Below are positions 56,299 to 64,000 of a stretch of DNA of 64,000 bases, piece by piece; the first letter of the stretch is position 1; the number at the start of each line of letters is the position of its first letter. The stretch covers positions 52,459-116,458 of the forward strand of contig CAZRBB010000002.1 of assembly GCA_964598205.1 (NCBI GenBank). The letters run 5' to 3'. This DNA is from an uncultured Candidatus Saccharibacteria bacterium (lineage in GTDB: Bacteria; Patescibacteriota; Minisyncoccia; CAIUEV01; JAHKAQ01). The position numbers were made by a program, and so were the translations under genes. Under the pieces are notes generated by a model. That model worked only from the letters and a program-made list of their open reading frames with translations. It was not told where the DNA came from and made no database searches.

Positions 56299-57921
56299 CT
56301 AAAGCACCTCTCCTCCAAATTCACTGATTATTTCTAAAGCAGAACCAGGCTGGTTCCTTTTAAGATCTTTGGGAATGTCTTTATCTAACAGATAGCAAAA
56401 AGTGAAACCAGAATCAAGGATTTCTCCAACTACTCCTTGTACTAATCGTTTATTGTTCAAATTTTCTAGCTGTTCTTTATGAAAACCGTATTTAACTTTA
56501 ATAATCGCTCGATCAATTCCTTCTAGCGCTACTGGATAGCAATTCTGAAGTATCCCCCAAAGAGAGCAGTTTTGACTTCTTACTCCTTCTAGAATTTTTG
56601 GCCAAAGCTGGCAAACTTTTTCTAGTCCAATTCCCTCTTTTGAATCTAGTTTTTGATTGGAATCTGGTTTTTGGTTGGGATCTGGTTTTTGGTTGGGATC
56701 TGGTTTTGTTTTGGGTTCGGTGGTGGTTTTTGCTTTAGACTTTGATTCTGGTTTGGGTTCGGGCTTTTGTTCGGGCTTTTGTTCGGGTTTGTTTTTTAAT
56801 TCACCCTGCGATTTTAAAGAAATCGCGGAAGAAAAACTGTTGTCTCCGATTAAATCTAAAAGAGCTAGTTCTAGCGGTAAATGAGGTAATGGTGAATCTT
56901 TGATTCCGGCTTGAGCTGTTAGAATCCGAGCAATAAAGCGTCCTAGCTGGTTGATAGAAAAAGAAAGCGATAACTCTTCTGTTAGCGCTAGGGCATCTTC
57001 CGATATTTTGTAACTTAATTCTTTTTTAAATTTAGGGTTTATTTTTAGAACCAAGATGTCTCGTAATGTGTCTAGAATATTCTTGGTATAACTTAAAATG
57101 TCGTATCCCGAGTGAGCAACTTCTTGAATCAAGAGAAATCCAGCCCGGAGATCTTGATTCTTTAAGGAATCTAAAAAAAGAAAAACTTTTTTAAAATCTG
57201 GTAGACCAAGAATCTTTTGAACCTCTTTTTCTGTAACGCGTTTGTCTTCTAGCTTCATTACTTGATCCAAAAGACTAATGGCGTCTCTCATGCCACCTTC
57301 GGCCGCCGCCGCTAAAATGCGAAGCGCGCCTTCTTCTATTACTACCTTTTCTTTTTGGGCAATAGTTTTTAATCTTTTAATAATCCCTTGATTAGAAACC
57401 GCTTTAAATTCCAAGCGTTGGCATCGAGAAATAATTGTTTTGGGAATTTTTTCCATTTCAGTGGTGGCCAAAATAAAGATCACGGAAGCTGGCGGTTCTT
57501 CTAATGATTTTAAAAGAGCATTAAAGGCGCCACGAGAAAGCATGTGGGCTTCGTCTATAATGTAAACCTTGCGCTTTAAAAGAGAGGGTGCTGTGGCCAG
57601 CGTTTCTTTTAATTCTCTAATGTTCTCTACTCCCGTATGAGAAGCAGCGTCTATCTCTGTTAGGTCTAGTTCTTGCTTGTTTTTTATTAAAAGACAGTTC
57701 CTGCATTTACCACAAGGTTCTCCTTCTTTTGGGTCCAAGCAATTAACCGCCTTGCCAAAAATGCGGGCAGCAGTTGTTTTTCCCACTCCTCTTGGTCCAA
57801 AAAAAAGATAAGCGTGGGTTAGTCGCTCCATTTTTACCGAGTTTTTTAGAATAGCTATGGTTTTTTCTTGCTCTAAGATATTGGAAAAAACTAGCGGTCG
57901 GTATTTATTATAAAGAGTCAT
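56299..57921 (-). CDS. dnaX: DNA polymerase III subunit gamma/tau
   Basis: LYNKYRP, GPRGVGKTT, PCGKCRNC, EIDAAS, IIDEAHML, ISRCQ and GGMRDA motifs. Confidence 0.97.
   Translation of the reverse strand: MTLYNKYRPLVFSNILEQEKTIAILKNSVKMERLTHAYLFFGPRGVGKTTAARIFGKAVNCLDPKEGEPCGKCRNCLLIKNKQELDLTEIDAASHTGVENIRELKETLATAPSLLKRKVYIIDEAHMLSRGAFNALLKSLEEPPASVIFILATTEMEKIPKTIISRCQRLEFKAVSNQGIIKRLKTIAQKEKVVIEEGALRILAAAAEGGMRDAISLLDQVMKLEDKRVTEKEVQKILGLPDFKKVFLFLDSLKNQDLRAGFLLIQEVAHSGYDILSYTKNILDTLRDILVLKINPKFKKELSYKISEDALALTEELSLSFSINQLGRFIARILTAQAGIKDSPLPHLPLELALLDLIGDNSFSSAISLKSQGELKNKPEQKPEQKPEPKPESKSKAKTTTEPKTKPDPNQKPDPNQKPDSNQKLDSKEGIGLEKVCQLWPKILEGVRSQNCSLWGILQNCYPVALEGIDRAIIKVKYGFHKEQLENLNNKRLVQGVVGEILDSGFTFCYLLDKDIPKDLKRNQPGSALEIISEFGGEVL
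56642..56790 (-). repeat. In-frame tandem repeats in the dnaX linker (18-bp KPDPNQ and 12-bp KPEQ units)
   Basis: TCTGGTTTTTGGTTGGGA-type units x3-4 and TTCGGGCTTTTG x2-3. Confidence 0.8.
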
Positions 57922-57994
57922 TCTAGGTTAAAAGAAAAATAAAAACACTTCTCGGCATTCTAGCAAATTCCGAATTAAAGAGTAAGAACGAGAT

Positions 57995-58453
57995 CTAAAA
58001 CACCCAAAGCTTATAACCAATAAAATTCCAAATCAAGGAAACGCCGGTGGCTGCTGCCTTGCCAAAGAGTACCCAGTAATCTTGATTTTTTCTTTTATCA
58101 GAAGAAAGAGAGAAAAGACCCAAGAAAGGTGGAAAGAAGTTACTAACTGCCCAAGTGATTCCCGAATTAATAATCAGCCCGCCAATCGAAACAAAGAAAA
58201 ACTTAGTCGCCTGACCACTATAATCGGCTCCCTTATTGGAAAAAGTCCAAAATTTATTTAATAGAAAGCTGTTAATAGAAGCCACTATAAAAGAAATTGC
58301 CGAAAAAAGCATTATCCAGTATCCCTTGTTTTTCCTAGTGGTCTTGATTAAAACGGTTAGTACTGCAAAATCTATTCCTGTATTGATAAGACCAGTAACC
58401 ACGAACTTTCCAATTTGCGCAAACAGCGCCCCTTGCAAAAAAGCAAAAGTCAT
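57995..58453 (-). CDS. GtrA-family membrane protein
   Basis: KF.VTG..NT.ID, SF.LNKFWTF and WNF.GYKLWVF motifs. Confidence 0.88.
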   Translation of the reverse strand: MTFAFLQGALFAQIGKFVVTGLINTGIDFAVLTVLIKTTRKNKGYWIMLFSAISFIVASINSFLLNKFWTFSNKGADYSGQATKFFFVSIGGLIINSGITWAVSNFFPPFLGLFSLSSDKRKNQDYWVLFGKAAATGVSLIWNFIGYKLWVF

Positions 58454-58463
58454 TAATTTTTAG

Positions 58464-59663
58464 TTAATTCTTTAAAATTTCTTCTGGGGTGTCGGGAAAC
58501 TCCTTCTGTACAATTCCTTCCTCCCGAACATCCTCTCCTTTAACTCTTATTTTGATTTTTTCTTGAAAGCTTTCTTTTTCTACTGGCGCGTCTAAGACAT
58601 CTTCTTCGGCCTGTGCCTTGTCTGCGCTTTCTTTGGCGTCTAGCGCTTCTTTTTCTAAATCTTCCATGGCTGGTGTCCATTCTTGAATGATTTCCTCCAT
58701 TTTCCCAGAAGTCAAGTCGGTTTTCTTTGTTGCTGAATCGGCCACTTCTACATTTTCTGCTGAAATCTCTACTGGAACTTCTGCTGAGCTTTCTAAACTT
58801 CCCTTAAGTTCTTCTTCATCTTCTACCTTTACTTCTATTTTAGTGGTGGGTTTAGTGGTGGGAGTTAGAATCGGAGTGGGAGCTATGACTGGTTTTTTCC
58901 TTACCACAATTTTTTTAGTTTTTTTAATTTTTTCTTCTACTAGAGGTTCTTCTATTGCTGGGATTTCTTCTGATTGAGCTTTCTCTTCTCCTCCAAAAAC
59001 CACAAATCGTTCTGCACCTCCATTACTTGTTGCTTCCTTTTTCTGAGAAAAAAAAGCGCGACCATCTTCCCTCTTAATAAAAGGATCCATCTCTTCATTG
59101 ATTGGTGCGTTTTCTTGAAATGCTTTTTTGGTAACATTTTCTATAGAACACCAAACCGGTTCGCCACTTCTAGGAACAATGATTGTGACTTCGTCTCCAG
59201 GTTGCGCTTTGTAATAAGTAACCGAGGCTAAAAGCACCTTGTAAAGCTTTTCTTCGGCTTCTATTGCAAAATTCCCGGATTCGTCTTCTCTTACTAAGCC
59301 GATAAAGCGCTTTCTTTCCACGGGGCCGATTTGTTTGTAAATAAAGTTGCCGTCGTCTGTAATTGTTAGCTTTAACATGTCTCCTTCCACCAATTTGGAT
59401 TTGCTGGCGTAATTGGCGGGAACGGGATACTGCTTGCCATCGTGGCCGATCATAATTTGACCGTCAAAAATTCCTTCCACAATCTTACCGTCCGGACTAG
59501 CTCCGTAAGTTTTCTTAATGCTAGTTGGCCGACTATCTCCTTCCATGCGCAAAAGCGTGGCTCTTGCTGAATAAATACTCTTTTCCGCTTCTTCTATAAT
59601 GCTTCTTAATGAATCAATTTTCCCTCTGTCCTCTTTTGTTATTTTTTGTTCTTCTTTTTTCAT
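58464..59663 (-). CDS. Conserved hypothetical protein (OB-like core) with acidic low-complexity tail
   Basis: IVEGIFDGQ.M...DGK.YPVPANYASKSKLVEGD..KLTI...G.FIYKQIGP core, which I recall as CPR-common. Confidence 0.7.
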   Translation of the reverse strand: MKKEEQKITKEDRGKIDSLRSIIEEAEKSIYSARATLLRMEGDSRPTSIKKTYGASPDGKIVEGIFDGQIMIGHDGKQYPVPANYASKSKLVEGDMLKLTITDDGNFIYKQIGPVERKRFIGLVREDESGNFAIEAEEKLYKVLLASVTYYKAQPGDEVTIIVPRSGEPVWCSIENVTKKAFQENAPINEEMDPFIKREDGRAFFSQKKEATSNGGAERFVVFGGEEKAQSEEIPAIEEPLVEEKIKKTKKIVVRKKPVIAPTPILTPTTKPTTKIEVKVEDEEELKGSLESSAEVPVEISAENVEVADSATKKTDLTSGKMEEIIQEWTPAMEDLEKEALDAKESADKAQAEEDVLDAPVEKESFQEKIKIRVKGEDVREEGIVQKEFPDTPEEILKN

Positions 59664-59800
59664 ATTTGTAATTAAAAACCAAAAGGTAATCTTTTAGTTA
59701 CTAATAAAATTAATTAATTGTTTTTTCCTTTTTGTTTTATTCTCAAAGAAACCTTGGTCGAAGTGTACTACAAAATTTTAGGAAAAGCAAACCCCTTATT

Positions 59801-60055
59801 TAATTACGAATGACGAATTGCAGCTTTTCTGAGCTGTCGTTCTTCTCGGAGTACGCTCGGCCTCGACTGGGCCTCGCTCCACCTTGTCCCTGTCCTGCTT
59901 CGCCTAAAAAGCTTAAGGCTTTACAGAGACCAGAGGAGTATCTATTCATTAGACAAGGCTCTTAGTCTACTGAATAGATACTCCTCTGGTCTCTGTCAGC
60001 GGGAACAAGGAGCCTCCTCTAAGAACGACAGCTCAGAAAAGCCTAATCGTAATTA
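59801..60055. repeat. Composite nested palindromic element (GGAGTAC type) carrying AAGGCTC-loop copy 4
   Basis: Outer 22-bp arms GCTTTTCTGAGCTGTCGTTCTT (59823-59844) / AAGAACGACAGCTCAGAAAAGC (60021-60042). Inner hairpin 59923-59996 has apex TAGAC-AAGGCTCTTA-GTCTA. Confidence 0.85.
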
Positions 60056-60078
60056 TTAATTTATAATTAAGTAGGAGC

Positions 60079-60107
60079 TTGCCATTTTGAGTCTTAATCG
60101 ATATAAT
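60079..60107 (+). promoter_or_regulatory. Putative sigma70 promoter for the amidase operon
   Basis: TTGCCA-17 nt-TATAAT. Confidence 0.6.
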
Positions 60108-60135
60108 TAGCGGTTAAAAAGGAATCAAAAAAAGA

Positions 60136-60852
60136 ATGCAATACCCCTTCTTTGTTTCTCCCAATTTTACCTTGGGTCGAAAAAAGAAAATTAAAGCCCT
60201 AATTTTACACCGCACTTTTGGCGATTTACAAAAAACTGTTCGCTGGTGTTTTAATCTTGGCTCCCAAGAATCGTTTCATTTTTTAATTTCTAGAGAAGGA
60301 CAAGTTATTCAACTAATTAAATGCCAAGATACTGCCTGGCATTGCGGTTTTATCACCAATTCCCAAGCCCCTAGTTTTCTTTCCCCTAATCCCAACTTCT
60401 CTTCCCTAGGTATTGCTTGCGAAGACGAGGGTTCACTAAAAGAATGCTCTTTGACTTCGGCTCAGATACGATCATTAGGAGAATTGATTAGAGATATTTC
60501 GGCAGAAATTAATTTACCGCTAACCGCAGAAAATATTATGAGCCACGGTGCGGTTGATCCGCTACGCAATCCTAAAGATCACTTTTCTCCTTTGGACTGG
60601 GAGAAAATTATAAAACAGGCTGGATTTTTGGATCAGAATCCTAGTCCTGCCAAAAAAAAATCCAAAGAAAATATTTTTGTGATTGAAAACCTAATCACCA
60701 AGCTGTTTCGGGGTATTTTGGGTCGCGATCCTAATATTTCCGAGCTGGATTATTACAAATATTCAGGATTAGATATTGCTCAGATTTCTCGACGACTTAC
60801 CCAAGCAGAAGAATTTCAAAACAATAAAAATATTATTAAGAACAAAGAATGA
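60136..60852 (+). CDS. N-acetylmuramoyl-L-alanine amidase (Amidase_2-like) with C-terminal DUF4214-like domain
   Basis: ILHRT, SFHFLI...G...QL, AWHCG, SLGI..E and IMSH motifs; C-terminal LFRGILGRDP....L.YY...EEF. Confidence 0.78.
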   Translation: MQYPFFVSPNFTLGRKKKIKALILHRTFGDLQKTVRWCFNLGSQESFHFLISREGQVIQLIKCQDTAWHCGFITNSQAPSFLSPNPNFSSLGIACEDEGSLKECSLTSAQIRSLGELIRDISAEINLPLTAENIMSHGAVDPLRNPKDHFSPLDWEKIIKQAGFLDQNPSPAKKKSKENIFVIENLITKLFRGILGRDPNISELDYYKYSGLDIAQISRRLTQAEEFQNNKNIIKNKE

Positions 60853-61286
60853 CTTTAGAAATTTTATTGTCTTTGTTTATTGGAAGTTATGTCTTGACTT
60901 TTATTTTGGACCCATTCCTCAAAAAAAATCCTTCTTGGAAGGGAAAAAATATTTTTCTTTTGATTTCCTTGGTGCTAGGGCTATCAATGGGCTTTATTAT
61001 TTCGGTTGCTCTTAATTTAAACCAAGTCAGTTTTTTAATTTTGGGGCTAACGATTTTTTCTTTGAATTACACCGTTTCTGATTTAACCTTAATAGTAAAA
61101 AATCGGAAGAAAGAAAATCAAAAACCATTCTTAATTGATTTTAAAAAATCAGAAGAAATGCCATTGAATCCTTGCTATGACCAACTAGCAACCGATAAAC
61201 TCAAGGAAGAAACTCCCCTACCAGATAAATTTTCCGCCAAAACAATAAAAACAAAACCTTTTGGAGAAAAAGGGTTTGGACTGTAA
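60849..61286 (+). CDS. Three-TM membrane protein
   Basis: 4-nt overlap with the amidase gene; three hydrophobic segments and a charged tail. Confidence 0.6.
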   Translation: MTLEILLSLFIGSYVLTFILDPFLKKNPSWKGKNIFLLISLVLGLSMGFIISVALNLNQVSFLILGLTIFSLNYTVSDLTLIVKNRKKENQKPFLIDFKKSEEMPLNPCYDQLATDKLKEETPLPDKFSAKTIKTKPFGEKGFGL

Positions 61287-61338
61287 TTAAATACGAATTA
61301 CAAATTGTAGTACTAATTCATTAAACCTAATGGGCGAG

Positions 61339-62094
61339 TTAAAGACTAGAAGCTGAATTTTGGTTTAACACGCTAGCCTCTTTTTTATATAAAAGTTCAA
61401 TTACCTTTTTTTCTAAATCAGAATTAAAAATTTTTAATTCAATCCCTCTGGATTTTTGCGCCTTCCCAGCTATGTTATAAAGACGATTCCCTCCAATTTT
61501 GGTGGCATCAAAAATATCTAAAATAGAAAGAGTTCTGGATAGTTCTTCTATTTCGGGATTTTCTTCTCGTCTTTCTGCCTTCCTTATGTCTTTGGACATT
61601 TGTATGTTTTCTTCGCACTGTTCCCGAGGATACCCTTTGTGCTGATGGTGACGGACTTCCATTTCTGCCTCTTCGTAGGCATTTAAACCAATAAGATGAG
61701 CAAAGCCTTTCCAAACATGCTCTTGCATCATTGCCAATTCTTCTGGAGAAAATTTTCCCGGCTTTTGAACAATTTCTTTGGGAACAAATATTTTTCCAAC
61801 ATCGTGGACCAGGGCCGAGCTTAAAAGAAGTTCGCTTTTGGAGGCTGGGAGATTAAGTTCTTTAGAAATAAAAACAGCTAGCCCTCCGGTTTTTAGAAGA
61901 TGTTCAAAAGTTACATGATCGAATTCATAAACCTCTTTTAGGACATCTAGGATAAAAGGTTTTTTTTCAATAATCGCTTTGATTTCTGGAAGAAGGTCTA
62001 TTTGGCCAGGCAATTTGCTGGTTATTTCTGGAACTGGAAGGTTTGGTGGAGCTTCTAGGTTTAAGGCATTAGGATCTTCAAAGCGTCTGTTCAT
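61339..62094 (-). CDS. HD-GYP-like metal-dependent phosphohydrolase
   Basis: T.EH, ALVHDVGK, KPGK, EH...G, RHH...GYP and ILDIFDA motifs. Confidence 0.8.
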   Translation of the reverse strand: MNRRFEDPNALNLEAPPNLPVPEITSKLPGQIDLLPEIKAIIEKKPFILDVLKEVYEFDHVTFEHLLKTGGLAVFISKELNLPASKSELLLSSALVHDVGKIFVPKEIVQKPGKFSPEELAMMQEHVWKGFAHLIGLNAYEEAEMEVRHHQHKGYPREQCEENIQMSKDIRKAERREENPEIEELSRTLSILDIFDATKIGGNRLYNIAGKAQKSRGIELKIFNSDLEKKVIELLYKKEASVLNQNSASSL

Positions 62095-62132
62095 AGAGAT
62101 TGGTTTTATTAGGACTTATACGTTTGGCATAA

Positions 62133-63206
62133 TTATATTTTCTTAACCACTCCAAAATTAGCGTCTACTTCTAACATGTCACCGTCCTTAAAAATCTTGG
62201 TGGCGGTCTTGGTTCCCACAATACAGGGAATCCCCAGCTCTCGGCTTACAATCGCCGCGTGAGAAAGCATGCCGCCTTGATCGGTAACAATTGCCCCGGC
62301 AAGCTTGCAGAGCGCCATATATTCAGGAGATGTGGTTTGGGCCACTAAAATATCCCCTTGATTCATTTTAGGAATAATTTTTCTAACTTCTAAAAGATCG
62401 TTGAACATTGGAGCAATCACCGCTTTTCCAATTATTTTTCCCTTATTGGCAATAATTCCTTTTGCTTTGTCCCCCTGATTATCTTTTACAAATGTGGTAA
62501 GAATTTTTACGGAATCCGGATAACTATATTCATGCAAACGCCCATTATTAACGGCCAGTGCATAACACTTCTTCCGATTATCTATCACCTCTTTTCCAAC
62601 TTTTTTTCCCAAAAATAAATCAAGAAGTTCAAAAGAAAATAAAAAATTCGCTTCATCATTTTTTAGGAACTGCTTGGATAGTGAATCAAGAATGTTGGGA
62701 ATCACTCCCCCCTTGAACATATAGGCGTTTAAGGTTTCTCTTGCGGTAAGCTTTAGCTGGCCTAAGTCGCTTAGATTTTTTTGTAAAATTTTATTTTTAT
62801 CTTTTAACATAACCTTGTACGCCAAGTCGTGGAACGAATGCTCTGTGAAGCAGTAAAGATACCAAAACAAGGAAAGATCTTGGAATAATTTTTTTAATTC
62901 AGATTTTTTTAGCTTTTGGGTTTCTTTATATTTTAAGATTATGGGCGGAGCTGTGTTCGCTAAATAGTCCCTAAAAGTTTTGGCATATTTTTGGTATTTA
63001 TTTTTGGAACTAAATAAATCTAAACCGGTCGCTAAACATTCTATTTCCTTTTCTTTGTTAATAAACGAATTCCAGCTTTTACTATCCGAAACAATTAAAA
63101 GATCCCCTTGCTTAAAAGATCCAGTTACAAAAAATTCGCTGTGAAGGATAGATATTTGATTTTCAAATCTAAATATCTCTTTGTATAATTCTATTTTGGG
63201 AATCAT
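62133..63206 (-). CDS. PEP-utilizing enzyme mobile (phosphohistidine) domain protein
   Basis: GDILVA.TT.P, GAIVTDQGGMLSHAAIVSRELGIPCIVGT and GD..EVDA..G motifs. Confidence 0.88.
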   Translation of the reverse strand: MIPKIELYKEIFRFENQISILHSEFFVTGSFKQGDLLIVSDSKSWNSFINKEKEIECLATGLDLFSSKNKYQKYAKTFRDYLANTAPPIILKYKETQKLKKSELKKLFQDLSLFWYLYCFTEHSFHDLAYKVMLKDKNKILQKNLSDLGQLKLTARETLNAYMFKGGVIPNILDSLSKQFLKNDEANFLFSFELLDLFLGKKVGKEVIDNRKKCYALAVNNGRLHEYSYPDSVKILTTFVKDNQGDKAKGIIANKGKIIGKAVIAPMFNDLLEVRKIIPKMNQGDILVAQTTSPEYMALCKLAGAIVTDQGGMLSHAAIVSRELGIPCIVGTKTATKIFKDGDMLEVDANFGVVKKI

Positions 63207-63211
63207 AGAGA

Positions 63212-63931
63212 TTACTCGTTAACCACGCTCTCTTTGTCTTTAGGTTCAGCAGTCACCTCTTTTTTAGGTGCTTCGTAGACTACATTTTCCTTGTCTCTAA
63301 ATTCGGCAATCACCTTTTCTGGGGATACTTCAAAATTGATTGCTTCACAATAATTAATATTATGTTCCTCAAAATACTGCTCTAGCGCAAGGACTAAATA
63401 GTTCTCATGGCCAAATCCCAATACTTTAATATTTCTACCGCCACCTTCTTTTTTGATTTTATTATCGGCAAAGCGCACTAGCCGGATAATATTTTTAAAA
63501 TTTCTTTGAAGTAATTCTTCAGCCGATTTATGCTTAGGATCTATTGAACCAAAGATCTCTTTTATTTTTTGGGAATGGGCCGCAAAATTTGCCACCCAAG
63601 AACCTTTATCGTTGGCTTCTATTATTTTTCTGGCTTCTGCCCATTTAGCCTTGGTTTCTTCTTGAACATTTTCCCAATTAACATTAAACAATTTTGCAGG
63701 ATCGGGATTGTAAACGGTCATTAATAGATTGTTCTTGGGGTTTAGGGAGAGAGTGTCTAGAACCTTGATTTCTCCTTCACCTACGGTTTCGGCATAATCA
63801 TTACCGGCGTGATCTGGTTTAATTCTTTTAAAACCTCTTTCTTTGGCCACTTGCCTGTAAATATCCGCTGTTCCAATTGCTCTTGCCTCACTACTCGATG
63901 CCAAAAAGATTTCGTCTTTTTCTGGATCCAA
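63212..63931 (-). CDS. Hypothetical protein, histidine-phosphatase-fold-like; 5' end uncertain
   Basis: ASSSEARA..TA and GFGHE segments resemble a phosphoglycerate mutase-like fold. The N-terminus may be frameshifted near 63950. Confidence 0.45.
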   Translation of the reverse strand: MDPEKDEIFLASSSEARAIGTADIYRQVAKERGFKRIKPDHAGNDYAETVGEGEIKVLDTLSLNPKNNLLMTVYNPDPAKLFNVNWENVQEETKAKWAEARKIIEANDKGSWVANFAAHSQKIKEIFGSIDPKHKSAEELLQRNFKNIIRLVRFADNKIKKEGGGRNIKVLGFGHENYLVLALEQYFEEHNINYCEAINFEVSPEKVIAEFRDKENVVYEAPKKEVTAEPKDKESVVNE

Positions 63932-64000
63932 GCCGTCAAAATAAGCTTCTGCTTCTGTTCTGGGTAGTTAATTGGAGCTTCTGGTGTTGGTCCCTTAACA

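Noticed and set aside
56299-57921. dnaX programmed -1 frameshift (gamma subunit)
   Set aside because: I did not see an A-AAA-AAG slippery site with a downstream hairpin in the linker region.
806-59231. Numerous short antisense or alternate-frame ORFs in the ORF track (for example 7675..8184, 23865..24281, 45728..46153)
   Set aside because: They overlap well-supported genes and read as antisense or off-frame shadows of them.

Overview
AT-rich bacterial chromosome segment. The gene repertoire and style point to a CPR/Patescibacteria (Parcubacteria-like) genome (inference): archaeal-type UMP kinase, sigma-like HTH protein, short PheT, and few Shine-Dalgarno motifs. The backbone is housekeeping: lysS, pyrH, greA, mreB, murA, rpsF-ssb-rpsR, efp, leuS, a MacAB-like ABC exporter, priA, rplJL with an L10 leader, map, secY and dnaX. 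The window holds five tRNA genes. The standout is two visibly AT-richer, tightly packed minus-strand operons. Block A (about 29.0-38.7 kb) places pheS/pheT between two sugar isomerase/epimerases, two Gfo/Idh/MocA oxidoreductases and a nucleobase-glycosyltransferase-like (CGA synthase-related) gene. It ends in a tRNA-Phe 5 nt after the last stop codon, and its PheS has altered adenylate-binding motif-2 residues. Block B (about 43.8-51.4 kb) joins an AsnRS-like catalytic-domain gene (AgnA-like) and a radical SAM gene, both broken at one deletion junction, to an amidohydrolase, a RimL/MccE-like acetyltransferase, a Firmicutes-type glyQ/glyS, an MccF-like S66 peptidase and a small transporter. Together they look like an aminoacyl-nucleoside (aaRS-inhibitor) biosynthesis and/or self-resistance locus in a lineage not known for such chemistry. 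Independently, the intergenic DNA holds several families of palindromic elements: long hairpins with a conserved AGAC-AAGGCTCWKA-GTCY apex but unrelated stems, nested GGAGTA elements, and AT-rich heptad repeats that also occur in frame inside leuS and a glycosyltransferase. No CRISPR array, rRNA, integrase or transposase was seen.
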